64,000 nucleotides of DNA from Paraspadella gotoi (lineage: Eukaryota > Animalia > Chaetognatha): the NCBI GenBank assembly GCA_051294375.1, contig CM119267.1, positions 11,097,045 through 11,161,044 on the forward strand. Direction: 5' to 3'. The position numbers were made by a program, and so were the translations under genes. Shown here piece after piece: positions 38,483 through 52,798 of this stretch. The notes below the pieces were generated by a model. The model was not told the origin of the DNA. It worked only from the letters and a program-made list of their open reading frames with translations, and searched no databases. Position 1 is the first letter of the stretch. The number at the start of each line of letters is the position of its first letter.

Positions 38483-39399
38483 AGAATTGGCGGCGAACGG
38501 TTCGATGCTTTCGCTAAGCTATAAGCTTTTTGACGTCTGCTTCAAACCTGTCAAATCTTAACCCATTTATTCGGACGAGTTCATTTAAAAAAAGGGTTTT
38601 TAAAAAAATTATTTCTAAAACGCTTGCACATAAATTTTTCAATTTAAGTGAATATACAAGTTTATTTAAATATGGAAGTTTAATACTAACCATTTATTAC
38701 TCAATCTTTGTTCCTTTTTTCTTCAACAAATTTTTCACCTCCGATCTCTCGTTATGTCAACCGTCGAGATCAAAGCAGGAGAAAAAAAATCTCGATCGCA
38801 AAAAAATTTCCCCGATTTTTCGTTCCACATTTTCTGCCCTTTTCCGCTCCATTTTCGCCCTCCATTTCGGGGCCGATTTTGCCCGATTTTGTCCGATTTC
38901 TTTCCTCCCGGTTTTTTCCTTTTCCAATCATTTCCCGAATTCTTGCCTTTTTTTGTTTAACTTTTTATCCCTCGTCGTTTCTCTTTCATCCCTTCCATTT
39001 ATTCTTCCAATTCGACCCTTTTCGTTTTATCCTATTTTCGAGGGTTACTTTCGTTTATTCAATATTTGGCCTTTTATTATTTGAACCATTCTCTCGCTTT
39101 TCTGTCAACAAATGCAACTGATATATTTTCTAGTTGTCATTTTTCACAAAATCGTCACTTTTAAACCATCTCCAACTTATTTTATGATCATCCTTTCCAT
39201 TTTTTCTTTTCATCCCTCTTTTTATCCCATCTTCCATTTTCCTCTAATCCCTTCCATTTTCTCATCACTCCATCCATTTTTGATTCCGCACCGAACATCA
39301 AACAGAATTCGATGAAATACGATAAAAGGGGAAATATTTTTAAGTGGTGCCGCTTTTCAATTCGCCATTTATTTTCCATTTGGGTATTCGCCGTCATTT

Positions 39400-39497
39400 C
39401 TGCCGCTTCTGCCGCTTCAGCCGCTGCTTCAGCCGCCGCTATAGCCGCCGCTTCAGCCGCCGCTACAGCCGCCGCTTCAGCCGCCGCCGCTGCCGCC
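39400..39497. repeat. Degenerate GCC-rich 9-12-mer minisatellite (GCCGCCGCTTCA / GCCGCCGCTAYA)
   Basis: Read directly; translates as Ala-rich on both strands. Confidence 0.8.
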
Positions 39498-42482
39498 AGA
39501 ACAAGTCTGCGACCTCTCGTACTTTCTCTCCCCTCCAGCGTCTTCAGCCTTTTTTTTCCTGTCGGCGACAAAATTCCTGAGCGAAGCAGAATTTTCCGGC
39601 GTCGCTGCAAAGTCTGACTCCGACGCGGTTCGTGACAACGTCACCGTTCGTGACGCCGTCGTCATTCTGGCGCAAATATTATTTCAGATGTCGCTTAGGT
39701 CGAGTCTCTGGCGTTACGTATATCACGTTTTCGGAAGGACGCAATAACCGACTAAGGTTTGATCGGTCTATGACCGTAACATACCCTCTCTTCAATGAGT
39801 ACGCCTCCCGTGCCGCCTACACCAAGGCCGACGCCGCTAATTCGTCCTTAGCCACCGACGCCCTCGCAACGCCAACGCCAATGCCGCCGCCGCCGTCGCC
39901 GCCGCCTCCGCCAACAGCCGCCGACGCCGATGCAGAATTTGAGTTGAAAAGGAGTTCGTCGTCTTGAGAAGAAATTAGGTGGAAATTTCTTCTCTCCTCT
40001 TATTCCACTTTTTACTCCATCACATCCCTCCTTCCTTCCTTCCTTCCTTCCTTCCTTCCTTCCTTCCTTCCTTCCTTCCTTCCTTCCTTCCTTCCTTCCT
40101 TCTCTTGTGCCTTCCAGGAAAGAAACGGAGGAAAAAGGAGAGAAAAAAAGAAAGGAGATGAAAGCAGAATGTTAGAAAGAGGACGAAAGGTGTTGTAGAA
40201 AGAAAAGCTCAAAAACTAACGCGCAAAGTGGAGATTGGAAGACGCGAAATCGAGAAAAAAAGGGAGGAGAGGAAAGAAGGGAGATGAGAAACAAAATGGA
40301 GTAAGACGAAAAGGGAACTAATCGAAGAGAAGGAAAAGAGAGGGAGGAAAAAAAAGAAAAAGGCTAAAAGAAGGAAAATAGCGGAAAATAAGTCAGTATG
40401 GGAGAAAGGAAAGAGATCGAAGAGAGGATAAAAAAAGGAAGGGAGAGAAGGGAAGGATAGAGAGGGGAAAGAAAGGAAGGGAAAAGAAGAGGATAGGAAA
40501 AGAAAGGAAAGGAAAACAAAGGGAGTACGGGGGAAAGGATAAAGAAGGACAAAGTAAAGGACAAAAAGGACAAAAAGGGGATAAAGGGGCGAAAAGAGAA
40601 GGGAATTCGGAAAAACAGCGGAAAGCTTCCGAAGAAAAAAAAATGGGACAAAAGACGCGAGGAGGGAATTCAGGTTAATCTCGGAATATTTTGACGAACG
40701 CGTCGAGAATCAAGGATCGGGGGGAAAGAGAAAGTGATGTGGTAGAGATGGGGGTGGTTGGGGGGGAGAATGGTGGGGAGTAATGAGAAAGAGTGGTAGG
40801 GAGGGTCAAGGAGTGGTGATCAGTGGAAGAATGGAAATTGGGAGACAAGGTATTAAACAAAACCCTATGGGCGACTAGAATGAAGTTTGAAAGTTTAGGT
40901 AGAAAAAAAAGGTTAAGGGAGAAGTTTCCTTGCGAAATCATGAGGGCGAAAAGGAAAAGGTCATTGGCGGCGTTGACGGCGTGGTTTTCCTTTTCTTGTT
41001 TATTGCCGCTCGAACCCCATCGATGCCGACGGACGAAGATCGTCGAACTTCGAACCTCGAAAATTCGTCTTGGTTTTTCGAGTGCGAGGGAGGAAAAGAA
41101 GGGAGGGTGGGTTGTTAGGGGGTCGGTTGCTGGTTGGTGGACGAGGTGGAAAAGGGGGAAATGAGGAGTGGAAGAAAGTGAAGTGATAAGAGAAAGTCTT
41201 TATCGAAAGTTTGTAGGGTCTTGCTTAACCCAACAAAATTTGTTCAGAGTCAACAGATAAGATACCTTATTAAGTAGGTAAATGGATAATTGAAATTGGT
41301 TGTACCAATTCCATAGCCAAGTAGTATTTGTGGTTGGAGGACCACCAATGGTGGTGATCTTCATCATTCTGAATCTGGAGATGGCGCTGAAAACGAAAAG
41401 AATAGAAAAGGGCGAAGTTAAAAAAATAAGATTTGTGGCTTTGAACGACGGAAGAAGCCTCTAGAGGCACCCACTTGGTGACAGGGGCCAAAAGGATAAA
41501 TAAATCCTCGGCTTAGAAATGGAAAAAAACTCCCCGGAGGCCAGAACCGGAAGTGGCGCGCTGACGAGAGGGTCCGGCGCCGACGCTGCCAAAGCGACTA
41601 TAAAAAGTGGCGCGCTCACGCCAACGTCGTTGAGGCGCGAGTGCGGATTCACGCGCCAACGTCAAAACTACGAAACGAGGGAGAAGGAATTTCATGCCAA
41701 AGATCCTTTTTTTTTCGATGGAAACTAAACTTGGTCTCCAGTTTTCCTCTAGAAAATATAAAATGTCTTTTTTTGACGAGTTTTTGTCATTTTAACGAGT
41801 TTTCGTCGGATTTGACGACTTCCGCTGCTCGGACAAACAAAGGAAGAGAGAGAGACTTTCCCTGATTTTGAAAAGACGGAGGGAGAAATAAAGATTGTGG
41901 AATTTTAAGAATGGCGAATAACTTCTAGAAAAAACATTTTATTTCTCTCGCCAGTTGCGTTGCCTTGACCTGCGCTATCTAAAATCAAAACAATTTTTGC
42001 TAAATATTTCCTAATGTATCACGCTCTCTCATTATCCTTCGAATAGTAAGTTTAATTGTTAGTTTGTATTTTTACTCTGTTGCTGTTTCTTTACCACTGA
42101 TGATTACCAAATATCCGGCAAACTTGGCGTCTTGCCGAGTTAAATCTCAGAATTAAAAACAGATGTTTAAGAATATTTTCTATATTTAAGTTCACACTTT
42201 TGAAATTCTTGACGTCGTGGTCGTCATCGTCGTCATCGACGTCGTTTTCGCGGTCGTTGACTTCTTCATCGTTGAGAATTCCTCACTCGTCGAGGCGAGA
42301 AAAAACCAGGGGGAGGATTCGAGAATAAAATTTAATTTGCATATTGCAGCGAGTGAGCATCAGCTGACTGTCCCATTTATTCTTTTTTTTTTCCCGTTCC
42401 CTGATCCGATGTTTCGTGGGCTGGGTAGGGAGAGGGATGGGAGGAGGGATGGAGAGAGGAGAGAGAGAGAGAGAGGGGGGGA

Positions 42483-42521
<39 letters not shown>

Positions 42522-43325
42522 CTTTAAAAAGGACCATGGATCCTTTGGATCCCGCGGGAATCGAATTTGGGATTGTCGTCAAAAAACCCATCGTTCGGCG
42601 TCGCAAAGGCGCCATTTGGCTTCTTTTTTCGGGGGGGGGGGAGGAGAAAGAGGAAGAGTGGGTTTGGGATCCATGGCAACGAACGTTTTCGTAAAAGATC
42701 CATTTCGATCTGGTTGACGGACTGGACGAGGAAATTACTCTCTGGTTCGGGCGAGAAAATTGGAGATCACCAAGAGAAAGATGGCAGATGAGACTCAATT
42801 GGATGTTTTCTCTCTGGTCCAATACTTTTGACCTTTTTGACGAGTTTGGAATCACTCTGAAGCTGTATGTGGATAGAAAGGTCAAAGTAAACCAAATGTC
42901 GCAGTGTGAATAGTGGATAAGTGTGAAGTAAACTCTCTTCGCAATATTCACAAAGGACTAACAGGGAAGGGGATGGGAGGACCGTGAATTTGACAGAAAG
43001 AGTATGAGTCGAATGACTGACAGTGGGCGGGGCTGTGGAGAAATCCAAAATCCAGAGCGGAAATTTGAATTTTAAAATTTGTTGCGGGGGGGGGGTCGGG
43101 GGGGAGTTAAAGATTCTTTGTCGAGGAAGAGGAGGAAGAGGAGGAAGAGGAGTAAGGGGAAGAAGAAGACGAGAATAAGAAAGTGACAAAGTGAAAAACA
43201 AAGAAGATGTGATTTGGATGAATGAGACTGAAAGACAAAGCCGGGAATTTCAATTTCCAACTCTGTTGTGATGGCCTCGTGAAAAACTGTCGTTTGTTGA
43301 CTCTCTCTCTCTCTCTCTCTCTCTT

Positions 43326-43381
<56 letters not shown>

Positions 43382-43629
43382 TTGTGCCTCTCGATTAATT
43401 TTAATTATTCTTCCGTCGCCCAACTATCCGCGTCAGTATTTTTTTTTTCTCGATTTGTTTACTTTTTATTTTCGTCGTCAATAAAACTGGCGGGCGGCCA
43501 GAGAAGAGATCATAATGGGAAAAAAGGAGAAGTCGAAGACGGACAACGACAACAACGACGACAACAACGACAATCAATAACGATGGAATTTTTTTTATCC
43601 CTTCCGCCAAATTGAAATGCAGGGAGATT

Positions 43630-43689
<60 letters not shown>

Positions 43690-43840
43690 ATCCCTTTCAA
43701 AGTGGAAAAAATAAATAAAAGAAAATGAAAAAAGGGGAATGCATTGTTGTCGTCGGGGACGGGAAGCTGTGGGCGCGTTCCCTCGGGATTACATCCGGGG
43801 CGAAAAAGAGGCCGTTGGTGATGGCATAGTGGAGGTGGCA

Positions 43841-44040
43841 AAGATGGCGAGCGCGAGTAAGCTCACTAGAATGCAGGATGTGCACGCGCATGCGCCTGGC
43901 ACAATACAAAGAAGAAGACGCCGGTGACGAATGACTCGAGAAAGAAGGATCTCGAAAAAAAGATTGATTGCGAAAGATTGAAAGCGGGAAAGGTGAGGCA
44001 CGAGTAATGAGAGAAGGAAGACTCTCACTGCGCCACGTCA
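43841..44040. promoter_or_regulatory. Promoter-like motif cluster (YY1-like, NRF1-like, CREB3/XBP1-like)
   Basis: AAGATGGCG 43841-43849, GCGCATGCGC 43886-43895 and CCACGTCA 44033-44040 in a GC-rich patch. Confidence 0.3.
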
Positions 44041-44559
44041 CAGCGTAGCGCGTCACGCGGAGACGCCTCACACGAAGCGACCGCCACGCCCTCTCTCTCC
44101 TGCCAGCGATGGGCGTTCTTTCTCCGATGCTCGCGAATTGATTTAAAAAATAATTCCTCCCCTTTTTTTTCTACTCGAAGGATTTCCTTTTTCTCCCGCG
44201 CACCCTTTCCTTTTTTTTTTTAGATTTCTCCTCCGTTTTTTTTTTTTTTCATACGCCCGATTCCTCCCCAAATTTTATTTTCCCTTCTACCCCGTTTTTA
44301 ATTTTCTCCTCTCGCATCGCCTCCTTTTTTATTTTCATCTTATCTCTTTTTTTCTTTTTTCTATTCACCCGATTTTATTCCCTCCCATTTTTTATGTGAT
44401 CTTTTTTCTCGACTCACCATCCCCTCATTTTTGGTTGTCACCGAGGAATGAGTTTTTATGGAATCGAACGGAGATTCCCTCGTTAAAATCTATGGAGCTT
44501 TGGGTGCTGAAAAAGAGGAAGAGAGAGAGAGAGAGGGAGAGAGGGAGAGAGGGAGATAG

Positions 44560-44600
<41 letters not shown>

Positions 44601-44987
44601 TAGCGAAAACGAATTTTAAGAAAATGAGATATCTTGAGGAAAGGAGAGAAAACTCAATTCTCAGATCAACGTATTGATTTACTGAAAGAGGACCTGAGAA
44701 AATTGGAAATAGAAAAGGAAAGAAAGAAACGATGAAAGAAAGAAAAGAAATAATAGAGTCAATGGGAAAAAAGCCACCGCGCTCTCAATAATTAAAGAGA
44801 AAAGGAAATTCTAAACTTTTTTTTCTCTCTTTTTTTTTCTCATTTTCCAGACAAAAGATTTTTCAGGAGATTCGAACTGTGAAGATCGACACTTGTCATT
44901 CAAACGACGTTCACTCCCGCTATTCAGTAATCATTCACTTTGGCGAATTATTCCCCAATTTCCATTCGAGGACTCTCTCTCTCTCTT

Positions 44988-45073
<86 letters not shown>

Positions 45074-45204
45074 ATTTATCCTTTACTTTCACTCTTTTTT
45101 GTCGGACGTTTCATCTTCTTCGTTTCACACTCCACGTGTGAGTCTGAAGGAAAGAGAGAGAGAAGAGAGAGCAGAGGAGAGAGGAGAGAAGAGAGAGAGA
45201 CGAG

Positions 45205-45245
<41 letters not shown>

Positions 45246-45830
45246 ATATTTTCTCCTGATTCTTCTTTTCTTCTCCCCTAATTCCCCTTTTCTTTCCTTT
45301 CATTTCTCCTTCCTTTTTTCTCTCTCACGTTTTTTTTAAGAATCCACATTTTTTTCATTTGCGATGGTTTGTTTCTTTCTTTTTTTTTCTCTCTCATCGC
45401 CGAACGAAGAATCGAACTTTTCTCATTCACGGTTCGACCCACTTTTTTGATCGGCCAGTGGGGGGGGGGGGGAAGGAGAAAAGTTTGTCAGTTTTCAACG
45501 ACGACGATTAAGCGGACGAAGATGACATCAACAAAGCAAAATGTGACAGAATTGCTTTTTTCAACTCATCGACCCAACTCAGTGGAATTCGAAACTTTAA
45601 AATAATATAATTTCGACGGGAATAGTCGTAGAGAAAAGGACTAAAAACAGTTATATTTAACACAATGTATTTAAAAGAGTTTTAAACATTGACGATAACG
45701 TTAAAATTGTCTTCCATCTACGTTGCTCCTCCACATTCTAATCGCGACACTTTGACTCTCATCCCAACTTCGCATTCACTATTTCCGTTCCCCTTCCCCT
45801 TCCCCGTNNNNNNNNNNNNNNNNNNNNNNN

Positions 45831-45861
<31 letters not shown>

Positions 45862-46385
45862 ACAAAAGGGAAAAGGTTGGAGGATAAAGAAGGAATCACG
45901 GAAAACGATTTGAAACAGTCAAATGGGATAGAAAACTATGTAGATGTTCAAAGAACTCGCTATACTTTTAATTAAAGTATTGACCTCATCATTTCTTCAT
46001 GATAATCTTGGCTTCCACTCTTCCTTCCGTGATATCCTCGAAAGATTTTACATTCACACCTCCCAATCGTGAGTTCCTTCTTCTACTCTTATTCCTCACA
46101 AGTCACGCCAATTTCCTCCTCTACCTTCTCTTTCCCAATCTTCTTCCTCTCCTCCTCTTCCTCTTCCCCCTCCTCCCCTCTCTCTCTTCCTCCTCCTGTC
46201 TGAGCCGTCACTTCCGCCCCAGGATTTCTTCTCCTCTCGGGAACCAAAATTATTGCTTTCTCTCTCCTCGACTCCGTCTGTCCCCAATCTGCAGACGCCA
46301 CGAGCGCCGATGCAGACCTTTGCTCCAATTCTTTCCCCCATAGAATCAGCGCTACCTTAATAAGCTCTCTGTCTCCTTTCGTTTT

Positions 46386-46486
<101 letters not shown>

Positions 46487-47287
46487 TCACAAATCCCGCG
46501 CACGGTTGGCCTCGCCTCGTCAAAGGTCGCGCATTCTACCAAAGGAAAAAAAAAATTTTGCATTCGTTTTGTGGATGCATCAGTTTTGCATCACCCACGG
46601 AGAAAGGGAAAAAGAAAAAGAAAAAAGAAGGGAAAAGCTGGAGAAAGGTTAGAGCAGAAGAAAGGAAGATGTACTTTTACGTTCTATTCTTCCTTTTATA
46701 TTCGTCAGCGTCGTCGTACATCATCTTGTTTCTCTCTTCTTTCTTTCCTCCTCTTCTTTTCTTGGGTTCGCGTTCAATTTGTTTTATTGTCTTTCGCTTC
46801 ATTTTGTCCGCTTTTTCCCCCGCTTCTTCTCTCTCCTTTAACGACCCCGGCACTGTTTGCTTTTGACTTTCCTTTCCTTTCCTTTCCTTTCCTTTCCTTT
46901 CCTTTCCTTTCCTTTCCTTTCCTTTCCTTTCCTTTCCTTTTCTTTCCTTTCCTCCTTTTCCTTCTTTTCCCTCTCATTTTCCTCCTTCGAGGTCGAATCT
47001 CCCTGACTTCACCTTCGGCCTTAATTCCATCGCGCAGAAAATTCAAAGGGACGAACGAGAAGCGTAACGACGCAGGTCGAAAGGGGGGCGTGGCAGGGGC
47101 GACGTGGTGAGGTGAGGTGACGTTATATGGCGGGAGTGACGCCGGTGATCGAGGTAGCATGTCACGGCTTTACGTGGCGTCGGGTCTCGCGAAGATCGTA
47201 AAATGCCGTGTCGTGACGGTTTGACCGCCGGTGCTCGAGTTGTAGTTCCGTAGCGGTTGAGAGCCGAGAGAAAGAGAGAGAGAGAGA

Positions 47288-47318
<31 letters not shown>

Positions 47319-47548
47319 AGAGAGAAGAGAGAGAAGAGAGAGAGAGAGAGAGAGGCTGGGGAAGCAGACGGTAAACGAAGGCAAGTAAAAGAAGCAATGG
47401 AAATAGAGCGATATTAAGTAGAGGTGGAGAAAGAAAAATGATTTGTGAATAATTTAACGATAAAGAAGATAAGGAGATGGACCAAGATGAAAATGTGGAG
47501 GAAACCTCATAGGCAGAGTAGGTAAGAGAAAAGAGAAGAGAGATAAAG

Positions 47549-47589
<41 letters not shown>

Positions 47590-47916
47590 CGAGAATGGAG
47601 AGAGAGAGAGAGAGAACGAAGTCGGAAAGCGTAGGAGTGAGCCGAGAAAGATTTTCAAAGAAGGAAATTGCTTGGGAAAGCAATTTCGAGACATAAGATG
47701 AGGGGAAGGAAACCCTATTTTGTCAGGTGAGGGAAAAAAAAAAGTTTGGAAGAAGCCAAGGGACGGTCTGGCGCCGCGACGCTAAAATCCTTAATTGGCT
47801 CCGTTTAATCAGCGAAAAAAAAGGGCAACGGAAGTCGAGCAAATGGGAGGAGAGGAGCGGTCGTCGAAGCGGACGAGATTTTGAAGCCAAACCACGAATT
47901 CGCGAAAGAAGGACTT

Positions 47917-47990
<74 letters not shown>

Positions 47991-48063
47991 CCCCCTTTAA
48001 TTAAAAAAAAGAAAAAAGAATGAAGGCATTGTTTTAAAAAAAAAAAGAATCGGACGCGCATTG

Positions 48064-48095
<32 letters not shown>

Positions 48096-49606
48096 GGAAT
48101 GGACGTGTTAGTTTTCCGACCCAGTGACGCGCGCGAATCAACAACGAGAAAATATCGTCCTTCTCCACCGACGACTCATCAACCGCGTCGGCAACCGCGT
48201 AGACATGTTTCGGTAGCCGCGTCGGCAAATCGTGTCAGCAACTCACGTCGGCTTGGGAGTCGTTCAATGACACGAAGAATCCGCGAACAAAAGTCGATGT
48301 TTTGTCGCTCATCGTCGCAGCGGCGTCGCGTAGTTAACGACGACGACGACGACGACGACAAAGTTGTTTCGCGACGTTGAATGCGATGACGACGATAATT
48401 CAAGGACGCTAAAGGCGACGGAGAGTATCCGCGCTATTGTGCGCCTGTTTGAAAAAAAATTAAAATGAAAACAAACAAATTAATCGGAGGCCATAAAACT
48501 TTCACGACATCTTTAGTCTTGTAGGGGAATTGAAACAAAAGCTTCGAAGGTAATTCGATTAATTTTTAATTATCGAAGGAGAGAGATTTTTCGAAAAAGA
48601 ATGTGAAAGACCAACTCAGTATCTCATCTCACGATTCCGACCTTTCTCGGCGAAACTGGGATAACGATCAAAAGTTGGAAAATTTTTTTCACAAATGCGA
48701 AAAGATGCAAATTAATTATCCCGCTCGATTAGATTATAAAGGGCCCCATAGAATTCGTTGCATCAAAGGCGCCGCTCTCCTCTTTATGGCATTTCGACTC
48801 CCCTTCCAGATTTTTCGCCATCTCGTTGCCGTCTTCTTTTTAATAATTCCGTTTCGCGCAATTTGATCGATATAAATCTTATATTTCTTATTTTTCCAAA
48901 ATTCCCTACTAAAAAAAAACTCGTCGTTGAAAGCGCTTTCGTCTCTCTTTGTCTTTGTCTTCCATCTTCCCATTGTTGTTTCGAAAACCATTACTCCGTC
49001 CTCCTTTTAAGCCACTTCCAGATAAATCTTTCTAATAACCATCCCAACCGCCATTTATTCCTCTACCTTTGTACCGTATCTTTTCCCATCTCTTGTCTCG
49101 TCCCGTCTTAATAGCTTTTTTTTTTCTCTCTTTCAGCTCCCTGCCTTTTCTTTTTCCTTTTTCAACTTTCCCTGTTCTTCCCTTCAACATAAATAATAAA
49201 CCGTTTCCTCTCCACCGCTTTCCTCAGTCCCCCCCCCCTTTGCTTTGTCCACCATCGACAGTCGTAAAGATAAACCGCTCGTAACGTCGTTCCCGCTCGT
49301 TCCCCGTTGGAAACGCCCATCGAGAATGCCCGGCCTTTCTAGAAAGAGCAGGAATGCACGACGTTTGTATGGAAAAGAGCGACCAGAAAGCCGGGCTGTT
49401 ATCGAAAAAGCATCATTCCGAATTTTCTCTCTTTGACGGATATAACGTCTTCGCAAAATGCCCGACCGCCAAAGCAGCGCCGGCCGGCTCGCGCGGTCGG
49501 GAATGCCCGAAACGCCGGTCTAAATGGGAAGAGATGCCGTTACGACGCCGCGCATTGAGAGAATACCGAGCCGGTTTCTCGGTGGCGCCGTCCCGCCGAA
49601 TGCTAT

Positions 49607-49831
49607 AAGATGGCGCCGTTATTGACGTTAGCCTTTTTCGCTCTTGAGATGGCGTTTCGACGCCCGCGGTTATGATGTCCCGATGACGTCGAATACGAGA
49701 CCTCGCGGCAGAGGGAAGACGGGATATTATGACCTAATGTCAATATGGGCCATTGGTCGCTCTCAATAACGGTCATTGACCACGCTCCCTCCGGGGTTAT
49801 CGAACGATCTAACGATCCATTGCGCATGCGC
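49607..49831. promoter_or_regulatory. Promoter-like motif cluster (YY1-like x2, NRF1-like) in a CpG-rich island
   Basis: AAGATGGCG 49607-49615, GAGATGGCG near 49646 and TGCGCATGCGC 49821-49831, within about 700 bp of GC-rich non-repetitive sequence. Confidence 0.3.
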
Positions 49832-50515
49832 GTTGTATCTCATGATATCTTCCTTCTGAAGCAGTGAACTCGATGACGCGGTCCCTGCCATAGGGCCTCT
49901 TTTTTCCAACTCGGTTCCCGCGCGCCCGGTTCATAACGCAAAAAACCGGCGGGGTTGTTTCTGGCGGCGCCAGCGGCATCAATGGTCTGACGATAACGAC
50001 CAGATGGTTGTGGCTGGGAAAAGGAGGCGAGGGTTGGAAGAGGAGATGGAATTTGCGTTTTCCGTTTTGCTGTCTGTAAAGAAGGAAGAGGGAGTGAGAT
50101 AGAGAGAGGGTGACGCGGATGAAATTACTCCTGTTAAATCTTGCGCACAGACTTAAAAGCCCTCGATGATGTTCTCGTCATAGTCGTTGTTGTCGTCGTC
50201 GTTGTTGTCGTCGTCACAGCCACTTTCAAACGTAATGGAATCCACGATGTTGCCGGAACAGTTTTTTTTATCTTTATCATCGTCGTCGTCGTCGTCGTTA
50301 TCGTCGCAGTTGCCGTCGTGTTCGTTTTTAAAGCCAGAAACATTTTTTGACGTTGTCTATTTAAACCGCTCGGCGTGGAATTTTTTAGAGAAAAGTGGAC
50401 GACATTTGCTGACAAAAGAACAAGTTGAGAGGAAGGTGAGAAAAAAAAGAATAAGAGTAAGAGACGAGAAGGATTCGTCGCTGAGTCGACGAATCAGCGG
50501 GAGTCAAGTTTTGGC

Positions 50516-50552
<37 letters not shown>

Positions 50553-51512
50553 CTGAACAATAGGATGACGGACGGAAATTTAATTGCGGATCTATAGTTA
50601 ATTTAAATACTTTTAAAATTCATTTTCAAGAAATCACGAGGCCTTTTCAATTTCGTCTTTTTGCCTTCATTTTATAAGATTTAGGATATTTTTTTTTCTT
50701 TTTTCAAAACTGTAAATCTTAAAATTCGTTTAGAATTACGGATTCAAAAAAAAGGAGAGAAAAAACATTAGAAAATGAGGCGAGTGAAAAATGACTCGCG
50801 AATCTTCTATTCACAAAAGCTTTTGTTTGTTTACTCAATGTTTTCGTTTTGTTTAGTTTCATTTCCTCTATCGTTCGTCGTCGTCGTCGTCGCCGCAGTC
50901 ACCATATGCGGCGTTTTTAATTCGTCTTTTGTTTTGGGGCGAAAGGGCGGAGGCGATTAGCGCGGAGAGAGAGAGAGAGAGAAAGAAAAACTTGTGACTT
51001 GGGTCAGAGCGAGAAAAAAGTGATGACGGATGGGGGCGATGTGTGTGGAAAAGAATTATGAGAAAGGGGGGTGCTAATTGGAAAAAAAAATTCAAGGCTA
51101 AACAAATAAATTTAAAAAAAAGTGACCCCAAAAATAACAAAATATTTTAAATTAAGTTTTTTTTTAAAACTGCTCTCTTATTTCACTTCATTCTACTAAA
51201 AACCGTACGTCATCGTCGGTTGCCAAGTTTTTTTTTCATCTCGCATATTCATAAGCGCCGTCTAGCGAAGCGTAAAGTCTTCAAGGAAATCGTTACGTAT
51301 CCTTAAAAGCAATAAAGTTTTTGCAGATGAGGAAGGCAATGTCGCGAATATTCAGAGAAGATGGGGACGGTTCACGAACGAAGCCAAAAAGCCGGAAAAA
51401 AACGCAACTGCAGTTCATGACTCATCGCACTCTTCATTTCTTTCTCTCTTCCTCTCTGCTCGATCTCTCAAATCCCTCTCTCTCTCGTCTCTCTTCTCTC
51501 TCTCTCTACTCT

Positions 51513-51549
<37 letters not shown>

Positions 51550-52798
51550 CTCTCGTTCTCCCCGAACGTGAATTTTTCCATCCCTGCCTCCGAACTGACG
51601 AAGACGTCCCCAATCTTCGTCGTCGTCTTTCCACGATTCCGCGCGAAATCTCCGCTCGTTTTTCAAGAACAAAAGAGCAGCGAACGGAGATGAAGAGATG
51701 GATTAAGTTTTCTCTTTCAAAACTCGTAAACAAATCGTTCGGAATTCGCGATTAAAAAAAGAGGATAGGTCGTGAGGCACGCGGCCGGTCGTGAATATAT
51801 TAAACCGAGGCGAAGTGGCGTTAGAGAGATAGTTGGTTACGTGACTAAACATTTTATTGAGCCTGATTGTAACTTTGATGATATTACTAACATGTAGTTA
51901 CAGAGCTCGGTCTTGAATATAGCGAATTCTTGACATGATTCTTTATGTGAATCATTGATTCTTTTCCCGTTGGCAAAATCCACTCCAAATATTCCAAATA
52001 ATAAAAGGGCGAGTCGCTAAGCGACGAATCTCGTCGGCGGTCTGTCAAAGGGAAAAAAAAACTTTGGCCGAACCTTTGTTATCTTTCGACGGGGGGCGAG
52101 GACACAGTTTTGCAAGGATGGAAAAACGACATTGGTTGTCCCCCTTGGCGTTTCTGGAGCTACGAAACTTACCTTTTTTTTTCTTTCCTCACTCCCTCCA
52201 GAGCCAAAAGCTCACCGATGTGCGAAAAGTCAAAACTCGTCCCGATTGTCATTCGGTCTCAACCAATGAGGAGCTGTAGATTCGAGTTTTAACTTCCTTT
52301 CGACCAATAGAATCGTAGAGCGGTTATTTAGCGACGTTAGTGGCGGATACATTCTGTAATCCACCAATGATGCGTTGGAATTAAAGTTCCGTCTCTGTTT
52401 TGAGCCAATTGAGAGTCAAGTGAGAACTTTTGCGACGTTAGCATGTATTTTGTTTGGGTTTTTATCCAATGGAGANNNNNNNNNNTTAGCGTGTATTTTG
52501 TTTGGGTTTTTATCCAATGGAGAAAGAGCTTTATAGGAAAAGTAGCTAATGAGAAGCTTGAATTATCTCGCTGACATTTCTTCACGTGTTTTCAATCCGT
52601 TTTTTCGCGAGTCGGCGAAAGATGAAATAAACTCTTAGGAATTGATGAAATTATTACCGCGGAATGCTTAGTGTTTGTTTAAGTATACGTTGATTCCGAC
52701 GCTTTCAATGCACCGAAATTTACTTTTTACTTTCTTGCCTCCCGTTTATAAATTTTTCAATATATTTTGATGATTTGTTCTAATTTATAGGTGCTTAG

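Noticed and set aside
39188-39617. Ala-rich ORFs resembling type I antifreeze or EAAA helical proteins (also 60445-60690)
   Set aside because: The Ala runs are GCC-rich minisatellites open on both strands, and the flanking translation is not protein-like.
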